A stretch of 39,854 nt of DNA from Aggregatilineales bacterium (GTDB lineage Bacteria > Chloroflexota > Anaerolineae > Aggregatilineales > Phototrophicaceae): contig JBBQRJ010000001.1 in assembly GCA_038214955.1 (NCBI GenBank), positions 1 through 39,854 of the forward strand, in the 5' to 3' direction. Each line of letters begins with the position of its first letter. Position 1 is the first letter of the stretch. Below the pieces are notes generated by a model. The model saw only the letters and a list, made by a program, of their open reading frames with translations, did not search any database and was not told the DNA's origin. Positions 38,811 to 39,854 of the stretch are shown here, piece after piece. A program made the translations under genes and the position numbers.

Positions 38811-39614
38811 ATGTATAACGGTTTTAGAAATGCAAGAATCGGCTGGTGGTTCTTGCTCATTGCAAGTATTCTGCTCTTGCTCCAGCGTTCAAAGCGACAG
38901 CGGCTTATCGTAATAGGACATCGCGGCGCAGCGGGACTCGCGCCTGAAAACACGCTGGCGAGTCTGCAAGTTGCACAGAGATTAGGGGCAACGTGGGTCG
39001 AGGTCGATGTACAGCGTACCCGTGATCAGGTATTGGTCATTTTGCATGACAACGACCTTGACCGCACGACCAACGGCACAGGCAAGGTGCTAGAGATGGA
39101 TTCTGAATATGTGGCTACCCTTGATGCGGGTTCATGGTACGGATCAAAATTCGCGGGCGAACCTATCCCCCGGTTGGATGAAGTGCTAGTTTTCATACGC
39201 GAACACAAACTGACCTTGTGCCTTGAAGCGAAAGACCCGGCGCTCTATCCCGGCATTGGCGAACAGCTTGCTACTGCGATTCGGGAACATCAACTCGTGT
39301 CGCAAGTCGTCGTCATTTCGTTTGATCGGGAATGGCTGCGCGGTTTCAGCGAATTTGCCCCCGATATAACGGTTGGCAGTTTATGGGAAACGCCTCACGA
39401 CGCGAACAGCGTTCCCACAGCACAGTATATTGATGTGTACTGGCTTACGGCGCTGCTCAATCCAACCCTCATTTGGCAAGCGCATCAAGACGGACGCAAA
39501 CTCATTGTGTGGACAGTAAATTCCCCCATCATCGCGTGGCTGCTGGTTTTGCTCGGCGTGGATGCGATCACTACAGACCGCCCGGACTTGATGCTTCCAC
39601 TAGCCGGAGACTAA
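38811..39614 (+). CDS. Glycerophosphodiester phosphodiesterase (GDPD/UgpQ-like) with N-terminal membrane anchor
   Basis: IGHRGAAGLAPENTLAS, VEVDVQRT, LHDNDLDRTT, IPRLDE, LEAK, WTVN and ITTDRP. Confidence 0.9.
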   Translation: MYNGFRNARIGWWFLLIASILLLLQRSKRQRLIVIGHRGAAGLAPENTLASLQVAQRLGATWVEVDVQRTRDQVLVILHDNDLDRTTNGTGKVLEMDSEYVATLDAGSWYGSKFAGEPIPRLDEVLVFIREHKLTLCLEAKDPALYPGIGEQLATAIREHQLVSQVVVISFDREWLRGFSEFAPDITVGSLWETPHDANSVPTAQYIDVYWLTALLNPTLIWQAHQDGRKLIVWTVNSPIIAWLLVLLGVDAITTDRPDLMLPLAGD

Positions 39615-39817
39615 CACACATAACATTCCCTTCAATGTGCGTTAATCTAGTCACAGTTTTGTCTTAACGTTGCTCCCTTACACTGCCCCAAAGCTATCGA
39701 ATCAAAATTGAGAAAGTAGCCCTGCAGCCATTATCCTCTCTCCTTGTTTTTGATGCGATAGCCTTGTACACTGCCCTCTTGCGAATTGACACAGTGGTTT
39801 TTGAGGAGAAATAAGTC

Positions 39818-39854
39818 ATGCTGAACCGTAAAATCGGTCTTTCAATGTTTTTCT
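39818..39854 (+). CDS. Start of a probable secreted/membrane protein (truncated by window edge)
   Basis: GAGGAG RBS, then ATG MLNRKIGLSMFF..., resembling a signal-peptide n/h-region. Confidence 0.5.
   Translation, partial: MLNRKIGLSMFF

Noticed and set aside
1-39854. CRISPR arrays, tRNA or rRNA genes
   Set aside because: No regularly spaced repeat-spacer array or RNA-gene signature was seen by eye; the ~60-bp repeats are IS ends.

Overview
A ~55% GC bacterial window. Gene content and style suggest Chloroflexota (Anaerolineae-like); this is inference. It holds four modules separated by degenerate insertion-sequence remnants. (1) A complete mrpABCDEFG Na+/H+ antiporter operon (888-6631), bracketed by repeated IS right-end motifs. 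(2) A RiPP gene cluster (7480-19225): Ser/Thr kinase-AAA-TPR protein, fused cyclodehydratase/YcaO, SagB/ThcOx-type azoline oxidase, a Nif11-type double-glycine precursor with a Pro-rich 42-aa core and its own promoter, a truncated HlyD-like protein and a single fused C39-peptidase/double-ABC exporter. (3) A GntR-UTRA-regulated carbohydrate catabolic operon (FAD oxidoreductase, ROK kinase, SIS protein, SDR, phosphotriesterase-like hydrolase, GH42 beta-galactosidase), followed by an IS remnant and an L,D-transpeptidase. (4) A C-P lyase operon, phnCEDGHIJKLM plus a hexapeptide acyltransferase, on the minus strand, divergent from a glycerophosphodiester phosphodiesterase. Two observations stand out. 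The otherwise intact PhnJ has lost three of its four conserved cysteines and so cannot bind the canonical radical-SAM [4Fe-4S] cluster. The Nif11/YcaO RiPP cluster is kinase-coupled and has an unusual core peptide.
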